From Harriotta raleighana (taxonomy: Eukaryota), in the NCBI GenBank assembly GCA_050575255.1, contig JBNZDD010013679.1, positions 2,593,367 through 2,657,366 of the forward strand: a stretch of 64,000 nucleotides of DNA, in the 5' to 3' direction. Position numbers and translations under genes: made by a program. Of this stretch, positions 35,630 through 48,775 are shown in pieces (positions within the stretch are counted from its first letter, which is position 1; each line of letters starts with the position of its first letter). Under the pieces are notes generated by a model. It searched no databases. It was given only the letters and a program-made list of their open reading frames with translations, and was not told the origin of the DNA.

Positions 35630-36200
35630 CTGCTAGTCACTGATCTGAGCAATAGTCAGATCAGCCTAGTCCAAAACCCCATAGTTTCTTCATCATATAC
35701 CAGACATTACGCAAATGCCTTGGCACTTCCAGATGTGAAGTGAGAACTCCCTGCTCAGAGCAAAATAAAAGTGCATATTACATGATATTTACTCCATATC
35801 TAGGGAATAGCTTCGACATGAAGACGTCCCTCTGGGATGTCGCTTCTCCTTTAAGGATCTTTGGAAAGCTATGTTGTGGTAAACTCCTTCAATTACCACC
35901 CTTCTAGGAATTTTTTTGCGATCCCTGAAACACACAAGCTTAACTTAAAACTGACACATTACCATAATTAGTACAATTAACATGCATAACTTGCCTCGTT
36001 AGAGCCTTAATATCTGCTGAAAGCACTGATTGTTGCCAGGAGTCTGGCATCTCTCCAATATCTTACCCATGTAGCCAGCCTGCATAGGTAAATCGAGACG
36101 ATGACTATCATCGAGCTACTTACACGACCATTATGCGCTATCACAGCCATGTCAGATCCTATTCTCATCTGATTTTCCATCGCCACCGTAACTTGCATTC

Positions 36201-36895
36201 AGAGAGCTCAGGGGTGAGAGCACTCGCCTTGCAAGGGAGAAACCTGGGTTTGATTACAGGCAGAGCGAAAGCTTGGGCAAGTTTTATTACTCCACACGCT
36301 GGATTTAATCCCGAGGAAAAAAAAAAGAAGAAATTGGTCATTTCAATCCACGATTCTTTGTGGGACACTGCTGTGTGCAATTGGATGCCTCGTTTCACCC
36401 ACAAATATAAAATCAATTCACTTTACAGTATACAGTAAAACCTTGTTTATCCGGCACGCTCAGGGAGGGGGTCAACTAATTGACTCTACCGGATAAATGG
36501 GGGACAAGTCACCGAAAACTCAACATAAAAGATTAATTTATTTTAAAACATACCATGTTAATAATAGACTACATAGTAACAGAATATTGTGTGGATATCT
36601 ACCAATAAAGCATTCCAGCACAATTGGGGAAAAAAATCGGTAAAACAGCATTTTTTACCGATCGGTAAAAAACCCAAGTGCGTAAGTTTACAAAGTGAGC
36701 AAACTTGTGATTCTGCAATGGGGAATTGCCCCGGGAGGGGCGTCGAGCAATTGAATCAGGTCACGGTTGATTGGTTCACAGATGGACAAGGTTTTACTGT
36801 CTTCTATAAATCACTTTGCATGTGGGATGCTGCCCTACACTTAGAAGATGTGAAAAGCACTATATCAAATGCAACGATTATGAATATTATTATTA
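36201..36895 (+). mobile_element. Main-family SINE split by a Tigger-like MITE
   Basis: Head GAGAGCACTCGCCTTGCAAG and body to CTTTACAGTA. The tail resumes after 36800. Confidence 0.9.
36433..36799. mobile_element. Tc1/mariner (Tigger-like) MITE, copy 2
   Basis: TIRs CAGTAAAACCTTGTTTATCCG and CAGATGGACAAGGTTTTACTG. Long identity with 5874-6229 (e.g. TTTTAAAACATACCATGTTAATAATAGACTACATAGTAACAGAATATTGT). Confidence 0.92.
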
Positions 36896-37069
36896 CTGTA
36901 TTATATAGCATCATTCATGTAGGGCAGCATCCCAGAGCACAAGTGTGCCAATGATTTTTACTTTGGCGCACTTGGCTAGTTTTCCCCAGTATCCAAGCTA
37001 ACAATCATCGAGATCCCACTGGTCAGAAGAGAGTTTCTCCCAGTTTCCTGCTAAAAATCCAACAAAACA

Positions 37070-37585
37070 TTTAAAGCCCTCCATGGCCTCGCCCGACCCT
37101 ACATCTGCGACCTCCTAACCCCCTACTAACCTACTCACCCACTCCGTTCAGCGGGATCTGGCCTGCTCCACGTCCCCTTGCTCCACGTCCCCCACCCCAC
37201 CCTCACCTCACCATTGAACCTTTAGGCACTCTGCCCCCAACCTCTGGAAATCCATCCCTCAGTCCCTCCGCTTCACCCCCTCCCTGACTTCCTCCAAGTC
37301 CCACCTCAAGTCCCTCATCTTCGGCGGTCCATCGGTCACCCCAAATCCCCTCCACCCTCCCCGTCCCCGATCCCAGATCGGGATCTGAAACAATGACTGT
37401 CCAGTGCCTTGGGACATCCTCCTGATTTGAATATCGATATACGAGTATAATTTTGTTGTTGTTATTGTTTGTGAGACATTGTTATATGTAAATTGGCTCC
37501 CACCTACACCTACAAATGCACAGTCAATAGACCTTACAATAAATCCTGTGAAGCACTTTGAGACGTCTTGACGATCTATTATCAC
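37070..37585 (+). mobile_element. L2 3' end followed by a SINE tail
   Basis: FKALHGLARPYICDLLTP, (TTG)n at ~37455, then a SINE 3' part. Confidence 0.88.
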
Positions 37586-40019
37586 CCCTCGTAGAGTAAC
37601 ATAATTAATTAAATCAGAATTGACTGCTCACCTTCCCTGAGCTTGAGTCTATATCCTGCTTGGTCTAGATTTGCTGACTATATTAAATACACAATTAGGT
37701 CTACATACAGAGATGTACAGATGTATCTACATACATGCAAACATACATACATACATAGAATATTCAGTTGATTCACTTTGAGACTTTGAGTGTTTTGAGA
37801 CGCTCAAAGATGTAATAGGCCACTCTATTAAATGCAAGGATTATTATTATTTTGTATGATCTAGATTTATCGGCCATGCTAAACTCATATTTGGGGAATA
37901 ATTTCTTTATATCCATTAGGATCCTGAAGATTTCAATAAGATTTCCCTACTTTCCCAACTTCTGCATCCCTTTGCTGCATTTGTGACTATAAGTGGGATT
38001 GGGAAAGAATCCTGCATAAACCCAATATCAGTCATGTGTGATCCATATAAAGATATTCAATACTTTATTCCATTTGTTAAGAAAAACTCAGTAGTGAGTT
38101 GTGGCCTTTATGCTCATCAATTACATTGACTCCTCTACTCATAAAATAAAACATATAGATAACTAATAATGGGGGTTTATCCTGAATGCGATCACTATCA
38201 TTGGATTTCCAATTATAAACACTTAACAAAAAAGGTTAGTAGTGTTCGAGATCAGGGTGTGATTAAGCTCAGAGGAACCTGACTCTAAGCATGATAACCT
38301 GAGGAAGCTGAGTTACGATTAGTACCAGCCGTCATTAATGCAGGGAGTGTCAGTAAGCTTGTCAGCTAAGATGTGTCTATGTTATTTCAGGTCCTTCAGA
38401 TTGTCAGTTTAGCGATTCCATCAAGCCAGTTCCCATGGCAATGTCATCAGTGCTCAACAATTGTATACATTTTAAAATGTATAGATATATTTACATCATT
38501 AGAAGTGAGAAACACAAAAAACAGAAGGGTGTTAAAGTTAGCTACAATTCTGCAGTTTGAAAAGAGGATACTTTTATATGACTGATCTTCAGCGGGTTAC
38601 TGCTGCTCAGAATGCTCACTGTGGCTCTGAACTCTGTTGGATAGGCCATCGATTTTGAGCTAATTTCCATTCAGCAAATGGCATTTGTGAAGTAGAAGAA
38701 GATATGTATAGCAGTTTAACCAAAGTCCCTTTTTTAACCAGTTTTCTGGAGGTCACAGTATTTAACCTCATTCAGAAGGATTTGAATTACTGGCTTTTCA
38801 AAACCCTAATTAGCCATTGATAATTTATGGATTAAAATAATAATGTTTATCCATTCGTATCAGTACAGGACCATTCACAAATTGTGAGCATGGACTTTTT
38901 TTTATCATGTAGAAGCTGCTGCCTGCACAGGAATCACACCGTTAGGTAGCAAGCTGTGTAACAACAACAAAATTACACTTGTATAGCGCCTTTCATATCG
39001 GGAGGATGTCCCATGGTATATAACCAGGTGACAAGGAATATCCAAGAATACCAGACCACTTGCTAACCTCAGTGGCACATGTCATTACCCCAGACAGAGA
39101 GCTGCAAATCAACTAACAACTGGTTTCCTACTTACTGGTTGGTAACCTGATGTATTTGGAGTAAGGAAACTTGCCTAAGGATTCAAATAATATTAAGAGG
39201 GGACAGATCACAAAACATAAAAATAGGGTCAGGCATACGTTCCCCAGGAATGATATCTTACTTGTTTTAAATTTAATTTAAATGTAGTTGTCCCACATGC
39301 TGCTCAAAATAAAATAAAAATTTCTTAAAATCAAACCTTTTTTGTTCAGCTAAAGAGTTGGTTGTGTTTGACAGTGCAAACACAACTTGACATGAATGTT
39401 CCAGCTCCATATGGGACAAATTACATTTTTTTCAGAAGCAATTACAGAGCTGAACTTTTTGATGTTCACATTTCCTTTGTGTGATGCATTGCCTGAATTA
39501 TTGATAGAAGATCTGCAGGATGGCAAACACCAGTGAGACACGGCTTCAATTCCTTATCGTGTAAGAGTAACGCCTACAGAATGTCTTCATTGTGAAACAG
39601 TGAACTAAGAGACATTTAGAAACTATAAAATGTGCATCTGCAGGGATGATAACATTACTGATGATAACAGTTTAAATAAGTAGCCAGGCTGAAGAGATAA
39701 CAAGAACTAACTGAGCATCTAGTGAATGGGGAGCAGCTTTAAAAGGAAACGTAGCTCGAGACAACAGACATGGGCTGGGGGTTGTTGAAGTGATAGACAA
39801 TATCAATGCTGACAGAAAGTTATCTATTCACTACACTCAATCGTGACAAGTACAGTCATGACCCTTGGCAGTAATTATGTGTGAAGCGCTTTAATACTTT
39901 TCAACTTGATAAGGTGTTCTAAAAATGCAATTTATTTCTTTCTGACAGGCTACTTCTGCAGCTTGAAGTAATTAACAATACAGACGATTACCCACAAAGT
40001 TAAAAAGGCATGCTGAGTG

Positions 40020-40360
40020 GAAAGCGCGGACGGGTCAATATGGCGTTAGCTGGTCACGGAGGTGGGAAGGAGTAGGGCTTTGAAGGGCCTTGAAGGCGAA
40101 GACCAGGATTTAGTACTTTATCATCTGGGGGATGAGGAGTCAGTGAGGTTATGAGGAACCGTGTGGTGTGGGAGAGGACAGAAACTGTTGAGTTCCGAAT
40201 GAGCTGCAGCCTGTGGAGCGAAGAGTTGGGAAGGCCGACAAGAAAGAAGTTGGCGTAGTTGAGCCGAGATGTGATAGATTCTTGGTTGCCTGAGGGGAGT
40301 GTCAGTGGTGGAGCTGGGCAATGTTGCGGGAGGGCAGAATGGGTCATGGCATGGGTATTG
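40020..40360 (-). mobile_element. L2 ORF2 C-terminal fragment
   Basis: ITSRLNYANFFLVGLPNSSLHRLQLIRNS. Confidence 0.88.
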
Positions 40361-40624
40361 GGACGCTATTACTCGATGTTAACAAATCTCTATTTTTGGA
40401 GATTTTTTTTCCAAAACATAATCATCCTCTTCATAGCAGCTACAACACATTTTCTTACATAGTTGTTGTTCGGTTTTTATTTCTGCTGCAGAACATTTCA
40501 AGAATTCCAAACGTCACCGCAGTTCTGACCCTTGATTCAAAGTTTCCAGTCAATGTGAAGCTGCTATCAGCAAAGCTAATCAAATCCTTGAATCTGTCTG
40601 GAGGGCATTCAGTTACACGTTGAA

Positions 40625-40990
40625 AGAGGTTATTCTAACCTTGTACAGAACTCTGGTAAGGCCGTATTCAAAATATTGTGTATAATTTTGCACATCCTAC
40701 CTTCAAAATAATTGTGATGCATTTCAAAGAAGAACACGAATGATTCCTAATCTTAGAGCTCTAAGTTTGGAGGACAGAGTTACAGAGCAGAACTTGTTTT
40801 CATTGGATTGAAAGACTTTTGAGAGAAGTCAATGATCTAGATCTTTAAAATGTGGTGGAAATAGGCTTGAAACAAGACAATATAAGTTTAATATTAATGA
40901 GACCCATCTACAACTTCTGCTGGACGTTTCTTAGCAAAAGCAGTTCATATGATATTGGTTGACCGAATAATGTAATGGAATTTTTAATGT
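40625..40990 (+). mobile_element. CR1 ORF2 C-terminal fragment
   Basis: EVILTLYRTLVRPYSKYCV resembles CR1 EVILPLYKSLVRPHLEYCV. Confidence 0.85.
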
Positions 40991-41099
40991 TGATCAATTT
41001 AATGTAAAGTCTAGTGTCAGTGTATTTTGTAGGTCAACATGGTAGCCAGTTCGCACACAACAATGTCCCACAAACAATAATAGTTGTAATAATAAACAG

Positions 41100-41615
41100 A
41101 AATAGCCGCGATCAAAGTCTCCAATGACATTCCGAACATCTGCAACCAGGGCTCTCCCTGGCTCCTTGTCCTCCTTGAATCTCATTGCTGCCTTTGCCAC
41201 TATCGACCACTCCATCTTTCTACTCCATCTCACCTCTCAGCTCAATCCTCGTGGACTTGCCATTTCCTGGTTCGAATCCTACCTCTCCTACCTTCTCCAT
41301 TTTATCTCCACTAATGGCTTCTCCTCTAGCCCCTGAACTGTTACGTATGGTGTATACCAGAGCTCTGTCCTTGACCCTCTCCTTTTTAACATCTATCTGC
41401 TCCCCCTTGGAGACGTCATCCGCAGACATGGGGTCAACTTCCATATGTATGCAAATGACATACCACACTCTCTACCTCCACTCTCAATTCCAGGACCACT
41501 GTGGTTCTGACATACATCAAGTCCTGGATGAGAGCTAACTTTCTATAGTTGAATGTCAACAAGACTGAGGCCTTCCTGATTGGCTTGCGCCAGTGCCTTT
41601 GTATCTCAGACACTA
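41100..41615 (+). mobile_element. L2 RT core fragment flanked by antisense SINE pieces
   Basis: LNLIAAFATIDHSI...[25 protein letters not shown] and LNVNKTEA. Confidence 0.9.
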
Positions 41616-42130
41616 GATTTGTGGGTGAAATGCAGCAGATATTTGCAAACAGCAGTGTCCCACAAATAGTCATGGATTGAGTGACCATATCATTTTTATT
41701 ATTATTTTCATTATACTCAGAAAAGGGATCTGCCCATCAACTAACATCTAGGTTCCTACTTACAGTTAAATAAACCAAGGTGTGTGGAGTAAGGAAACTT
41801 GCCCAACATTTTTCCCTACCGGGAATAGAACCCACATCTTTCGCTTACGAGACAAATTCTCTAACACAATGAAATGAATGACCAGTTTTATCGTGTTGAT
41901 CTGATTTTTGTCATGGGACACTAATTTAGAAAGTGTACTATGGGATCTTTAACACCCTCTTCAGCAAGCAAATGCATTTCACCCACAGGACAGAACTTCC
42001 AACAATGCAATATACTTCAGAACATTGAAATATCAGCCAAGACTATATGAGTACTAAATTCTCGACATGGGGCTTTATGCATAACCTCCTGACCCAGAAG
42101 CGAGAGTGCTTGCAAGTGCGCTATGTTGTC
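41615..42130 (-). mobile_element. SINE (long CORE-like variant) followed by a Deu-SINE remnant
   Basis: GGAGTAAGGAAACTTGCCCAA...GGGAATAGAACCC, then ATGGGATCTTTAAC...GAGAGTGC. Confidence 0.7.
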
Positions 42131-43962
42131 AGCTAAGTCTAAACACGTAAGGTATTTAGGCCTTTAGGTCATCTAATTGTAGTAAGGATAATAAGTGCAG
42201 CATAAAACAAATATTTTATCACTCACTATGTTCCAGAACCTTGTGACTGTAAAACACTTTAACATCCTCAGTCTCCCCTTCCTCCTGCGCGGAGTCATCT
42301 AACCATTATTTCTTGATTTATTTTGTTTCCTTTCTTGTCTTTCTATAAAAATGATAAAGCTGGGTGAAGGACACTAACAAGGATGAAAACCGTAGGAAAG
42401 AAAACAAGATAAATCAGCAAGCAGTAGTTAGCCATCAAACTTGCAAGATTGCACGAAGTAGGGAAGACTTGGTTCCATCATCACAATGTCCTTCACTTGA
42501 GTTTCCTACTGTTACAAAAAAGCATTGTAAGAATCAAGAAACAAATTGGTAAGTTAGGCTTGTTTTCTTTGGAAAAAATAAACTTTTTGGTTGATCTGAA
42601 TTAACTTTTCCAATGTGATTGGTAGTAGAGGTGAAAAGCAATGTTAGATGTGTAAAATAGTCAACATGTTGTTGAAAACTGCAGCCATTTGAATTATCAA
42701 TTGGTCCATCTTTGAAGCACCTCTCCTCCCCAACACCAATCACCAATGTACCCAGACGCTGGACTGAATTTGTGGCCCAAGATTTTTCTATTGATTAAAC
42801 TAATATCACAAGATGGTTTGAGATGAAGGAGGCCATTCGGCCCATTTGATCTGATCTGTATTTGTGGGCGAATGGAGCAGCTACTTTGNGCAGCTACGTT
42901 GTGCACACCAGTGTCCCACAAACATTCATGAAATGATTGACCCAATTTTAGTTGGAGGGTTGGCAGCCAGAACACCAAGAGAAATTCCCTTTAATGTCCA
43001 TTTGAATAGACAGAAGGACCATCAGTTCAGTATCTAGTTAGAAGTACAGAGAAAATAAAAACTTTCTGGTGACTGTCCTGAAATTACCCTTTTTAATACC
43101 TAAAGCTGTATCCACTTGTTTTATTGTTTCATCACATCTATATTGTTCCCGTTTTACTTTCTTAACCCAATTAATAATCTTATATACCTCTATACGGAAA
43201 AAACTCATATAAGATCTGTATTTTCAACTATTAGCCACATTCCTCCAAACCCCACAACTTTTCCTTCCCTAGCTCAATGCCTAGTTAACTGTGGGAAGCA
43301 CTTTGAGATATCCTCCATACGTGAAAGATGTTGGATCAGTGTAACTCATTGTTGTTGTCCTGGAAATATTCAGTACTCTGAACATTAAAGCGATAATTGT
43401 CTTCATGAAAAAGTGTTTGGCAAAGAATACTTAGTTTGTTTATGAACATGCAATCCAATAATGCATATTGCAGGCACCAGTGATTAAGACAAAGTGACAC
43501 AGTGCTCAGCTGATCCCTCTCCAGTTCCAAATAATGAAACGGCTGATGAACATTATTGTTTTAGATACACATTATCCCTTTACAAACCCAAAGTTGCAGA
43601 GTGAAACAAACGAGGAGCCAAGGGTAATGAGAAAATCAGGTTCATTGATGGAAATGTCAATAAACCACCCATTTATATTATGCAGCTAACTAAAGCCAAA
43701 GTTGGTAAGTGATTAATGGCTTAGCGTATATGTTGCTTGCTGAGTTTCCCTGCAATCAATTACAAATTATTTCTCAATAAACTTTCAGTAATAAAGTCAC
43801 GATCATTAGTCCTTCAGGATGAACATAATCAAAACAGTGATATGGAGTATATTAATCTCCAGTAATGAAAAGCAGTGCTCAGAAACAGCAGACCTAAAAC
43901 TGACTAGAATTAGTGTAAAGATTTCATAGCATGTATGAGATCAAGAATATACACTCTGGATA

Positions 43963-44260
43963 CCGTGGCTCAGCGGTAGCATTCCTGCTTCTGGGTTTGA
44001 AGAATTTGGAGACTAATACTCCAGTGTAATATTAGAATAATAATACTCTAATGTTGAAGGAGTATTGCTTTGTTCGGGGTGATGGAATAAAGATGGGATA
44101 TTAAACCAAAGTCCCATCTGCATGTTTTATGTGGACATTAAAGCTCCCACAATTCTATTTGAAAGGAGAAGGGAGTTTCTCGCAGTATAATAGCCAATAA
44201 TTGTCTTGATTAATACAGTCATTCATCAAATACCCATTTGTAGGATATTACTGTGTTGGC
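43963..44260 (+). mobile_element. Deu-SINE fragment
   Basis: TGGCTCAGCGGTAGCA head and GATATTAAACCAAAGTCCCATCTGC...GGACATTAAAGCTCCCA core. Confidence 0.7.
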
Positions 44261-44677
44261 TCTGCTGACAATAGCACTAAACCCAACACGCTAGGGTCCC
44301 AACCATGCACAAGCCGACATTAGGGATGCTCACCGTGTGGAAGACTGGCCTCGAACAAAGGGAATGTAAAGTGAACAACAGGATGTTTTGTGTTGGGATA
44401 CAAGGGGGAAAAATGCAACAAAACATCTTGTACTTTGTGTTATTTTTGAATTGTACCAAATGCTGTATTTACGAATAAGTATATATTTGAAAAACAAGTG
44501 TGTAAAATGATTGTTGCATTTGCTTATGGGAAACCAACTTGAAAATATAAAAAATTGCTGTAAAGTGCTTTGATATACATTGACATTAGAGCAACTAGAA
44601 AAAAATCAATTTTAGGTAGGAGTGGACCATTGGCTCACTAGTTGACCCATCCACAAGATTCCTTCTATATATATCCA

Positions 44678-45590
44678 AAAGCAACAAATTGCACTTGGGT
44701 AGCATCTTGGACTGCTTAATAGTGGCGGAATATTTTGGATCCGAGCCAGAGAGAGAAGAAAGGTGACCATAAGCATAGTCGAAGAAAAAGGTCTTCAGAT
44801 AAAATAGACAGTCAAGCAGGTGGCAAGGTGAAGCAATTGAGGCAGAAAGTTCCAAAGTTTCAGGGGCTAATGACTGAAAGCACAGCCATTAATGGTAGCG
44901 GAGATGAGCAGTAGAAGCAATAGGGTGAGCAGTAGAGTGCAAGGTAAGCAGGTTGGAGAGGTATGGATGGGCCAGTGTGTAAATTAATTTGGAAGTGTGA
45001 AAATCTTGATCTTTTTTCTATTTTGAACAGTAACTCTAAAGTCCTTTGGTCAAAGGGAACTTGTACAGGTGTTTTGTGAAATCTTTTGTAGTTTGCTGTT
45101 CCATGACCATAACAACTCCATCCTTGCTCAACTCCATTGTCTTCCCATCACAAAAGGATACATTTCAAGATCCCTGTCCTCAGCTTGAAAGCCCTCCATG
45201 GCATCATTCCCCCCTATCACTGCGGCGTCCTAAGACTCTACCAACCTGCCTATTCCCTCTGCTTGGCTTCATGTACCCATTGCTTTGGGACATCCTCCCG
45301 ACGTTAAAGGTGCTCTATTGTTGTTGCCTCACCTATCCCACCATTGGTGGGTGGACCTTCAGCCATTCCGCCCCCACCCATTGGAACTCAATATTGCAGT
45401 CCCTCTGCCTTGCCCCATTCTTTGCCTCCGTCAACGCCTTCCTCTTTTACCATGCTTTTGATCAACCTCCTTCCACCTTGGCCTCCATCCTCCCCAAACC
45501 TATTCCCAGGTCGGGTCTGAAATACTGTCTGTCCAGCTCCTTGGCATGTCCTCCCAACGTGAAAGATGCTATACAAATGTAATTTTGTTT
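44678..45590. mobile_element. Head-to-head L2 3' regions (- 44678-45010; + 45090-45590)
   Basis: Minus strand LKTFFFDYAYG. Plus strand TIGGWTFSHSAPTHWNSI and tail. Confidence 0.8.
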
Positions 45591-46434
45591 ATATCGTCAT
45601 TCCAGTTTGTTCGTCCTTTTACTAAATATTTATTTTTATGCATTTCCTATTCTCTTTGTCCATATTTTGACGATATAATTGCATTTATATAGTGCTCTTC
45701 ACATAGGGTAACACCTCAGAGCACAATAAACCTATGTTCTTGATTGTTGTAGAATGAATTACTTGCACCACATTTTAGTTTCAGAATCTTAAATATGTTT
45801 ATCCAATCACTTAGTCACTCACTCAGACTTTTCTGTAGCAAACTAAACTATTCTTTGATAGCTAATTTTTTTTCAATGCTCCATCCCTATGATGAATATA
45901 TATAAGCAATTCATGAATTAATCCAGTAATCCCTGCAACGGGTAAATGATCTCTTGCAATATAATTGCAATTCCGAAAATATAATTCTGAACACCGAAAT
46001 ACTGACTGTCCAGCGCCTTGGGACATCCTCCAAATATGAAACGCGCTATACAAATGTATTTTTGTTCTTTTGCTATTGTTGCAATCAGAAGATTAAAATT
46101 TGAAGCAGTATTCTTGTACAACTTCAAGGCTACATTGAATATCACATTACATGTACTGTATTTCAATTCACCTGTGTGTTGCACCTTTGTTGATTGTATA
46201 TTGCAACATTATTTTTCCTTTATAACTATTTGGTAAATCTATGGGAATAGCTTTAGTGATCTGTCCACTAAAATCCCAAGATCTTCCTATTGTTCTAATA
46301 CAATATCTCAAATATAATAAATGTCTTACATTGTGTATAGCCCCTTTCACATCAGGAGGACATCCTAAAATATACTGTAAAGTATTTTTGTGGGTGCATA
46401 TGTTTTCATTCAGTTAATAATTTTATACCACTCT

Positions 46435-46960
46435 TCCTTCTGCTGAATCTCATAGCGTTGTACATTATTTCCATATTAAACCTCATCCTCCACCTTCCTG
46501 CCCTCACTTTAGCTTCATCAGCTGATTCTAAACATATGTAGCTTTCACTTTCATAATTTTCCACTGCTACTAATTTAGTGATGAACAACTTTAATCTAGT
46601 GCTGACCTTCACATTATTTGTGCATTATTTCAGAGCATATCCCAGATTTAAGTTGATGGGCCCTTGCTTCAGGTAATGTGTAATGGTTACATGGGAAAAA
46701 ATGCAACAAAAAGATATTTCAGTAATGCGTATGTATAAGTTAGGTGTTATCTTGAATATTGTCCTAATGTTAGGTTCCCCGATGTAGAAAGGACATTAGA
46801 GCCATGGTGAGGGTGCAAGAGGTTTTCACAAGGATGATATGAAATGAAAAGATATTGCATATTGTAACATTAATAAAACCTCAATAAACCAGGTTGGATT
46901 CACTTTCACGGAGAAGGTTAATAGCGGATCCAATAAATATCTTAAAAATTATGAATGCGT
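46435..46960. mobile_element. Adjacent, oppositely oriented CR1 fragments (- RT 46435-46680; + 46745-46960)
   Basis: Minus strand AGRWRMRFNME resembles WA..WQM.FN.EK. Plus strand LEYC...RKDIRAMVRVQEVFTRMI. Confidence 0.7.
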
Positions 46961-47164
46961 GTACCAATTTTCCTCTCCCCTACTGAATCCTCAACCCCAT
47001 TATTGTGAAGTGTTCTGAGACATTATCCTAAATAATGGGTGCAATATAAAGACAGGTTGTTCCTATTTATTTCTATAAGTTAGTTAATTGGTAATGAGAT
47101 CATACTGTGTAAACCCAAGATTAGCTAAAAAATAATAATAAACCATTAATTTGATATGTTGCTT

Positions 47165-48500
47165 TAAAACAAAAACTGGCATTTATATACTGCTCACCAT
47201 TCATCTCAGAGCGCTTAAGTGGCAGAGCCTAACTCTGAGCCGAGGGTGGGCGAGGGGAAGTGGCAATAAGCACAGTCGAAAAAGAAGGTTTTAGCAGTAC
47301 TTGAAAAGGGGAGAAAGAAGGTAAAGTGTATGGATTAATGGATAGTTTTCCAGAGTTTTGGTGGCTGAATGCGTGATTTCCAATGGTGGAGCGGAGGGTG
47401 TGAGGGACAAGCAGAAGGCCAGCCAGTGTAAGTTGAGATGAAGTGCCGGGTGATGATGGATTAGTGAGTGAGGAGGTTGGAGAGGTAGGAAACTGCCAGA
47501 GAAAAAAGGTAGGGAACTTTTATCAGGTTGTCAGAGCCACCTTTCTATGGATGAATGTGAACAAGACCAAGGCCATACTGATTGGCTTCTGTGAGCGCCT
47601 CCGCACCTCAGGGACTGGAAGTAGCAGCATTCCCGAATGCACACTCCATTTCACCAAGCCAGTCAGGAACTTGGATGTCTTGTTTGACCCTCAATTATGC
47701 TCTCTCCCCCACTGTGCCATAATCCGATCTGCCATCTCCCACCTCTGCAAAATTGCCCTACTCTGCCACTGCTCAACCGTCAAGCCAACAATACCCTCAT
47801 ACACACATTTGTGACTGCAGGTTCAACAATGTCAAGCCCTGCTTATCAGCATTCCAAACTCTTCCCTCAAAAAGCTGCAAATTATCCAGTTCTCTGCAGC
47901 TCGTGTCATCTTCTGCACAGACTCTCTGACCCCAATGCACTCACCCTCATCCAGCTCTAGTCACTCTCCATCCCTCAGGGGATTGAATTCAAAACCTTCG
48001 TCCTTACCTTCAAGGCCCTCCATGGCCTTACCCCCTCCTACCTCTCCGACCTCCTAACCTCTTATCAAACTGCCTGCTGCCTCAGTAGGCTCCGGCCTGC
48101 TTTATGTCCCTCGACCGGCCCACTCCACCACTCGGATGTTGGACATTCAACAACATCAAATGCCAGGATTATTATTATTAACAACAAAATTACACTTATA
48201 TTGTGCCTTTCACATCAGGAGGCATCCAAAGGCGCTGATAGCCTCCTTGCCCCCATCCTCTGGAATTCCATCCCACATTTCCTTTGCCTCACACTCTCCC
48301 TTGTCTCCTTCAAGACATGTCTCCTCATTACAATGGCTTCAGCCAACCTCTTACCCTCTCACTACTTCCAACCTCCCTGATCCCAATACACACCCCACCC
48401 CCACCTCCCCATTCGGTTCCCAAATCCTGACTGTTCAGCTCCTTGTGGCTTCCTCCCAACCTGATAGGTACTTCGCAAACGTGATTTGGGATTGTATTGC
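47165..48500. mobile_element. L2 3' end (-, 47165-47520) abutting a ~1-kb L2 (+, 47525-48500) with nested tails at 48135-48238
   Basis: MNVNKTKAILIG...VRNLDVLFDPQL and IEFKTFVLTFKALHGLTPSYLSDLL. Confidence 0.88.
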
Positions 48501-48519
48501 CTCACAGGACTTATTGTAA

Positions 48520-48775
48520 AATAGGTTGACTGTGTATTTTTTTGTGGGCATTATCAATGAATGGAGAGATTTTTTATACACAGAATTATAAGGATGAGGA
48601 AGGCAATATTGAAGCTGAGTCAATCAGATCATTTCAAAACAATTAGATGAATACTTGACGAATGGAATTATAAAAGGATTGAGAGTAAAAAGCATGGATG
48701 TCTTATTAAGAGTAGATCACATGATACAAATACAGTATGGCCTCTTTTTGTGCTACAGTTCAACCATTCTACATT
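48520..48775 (+). mobile_element. Old CR1 3' remnant
   Basis: TTTTTTATACACAGAATTATAAGG...TTCAAAACAATTAGATGAATACTTG (F..KLD.YL). Confidence 0.55.
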
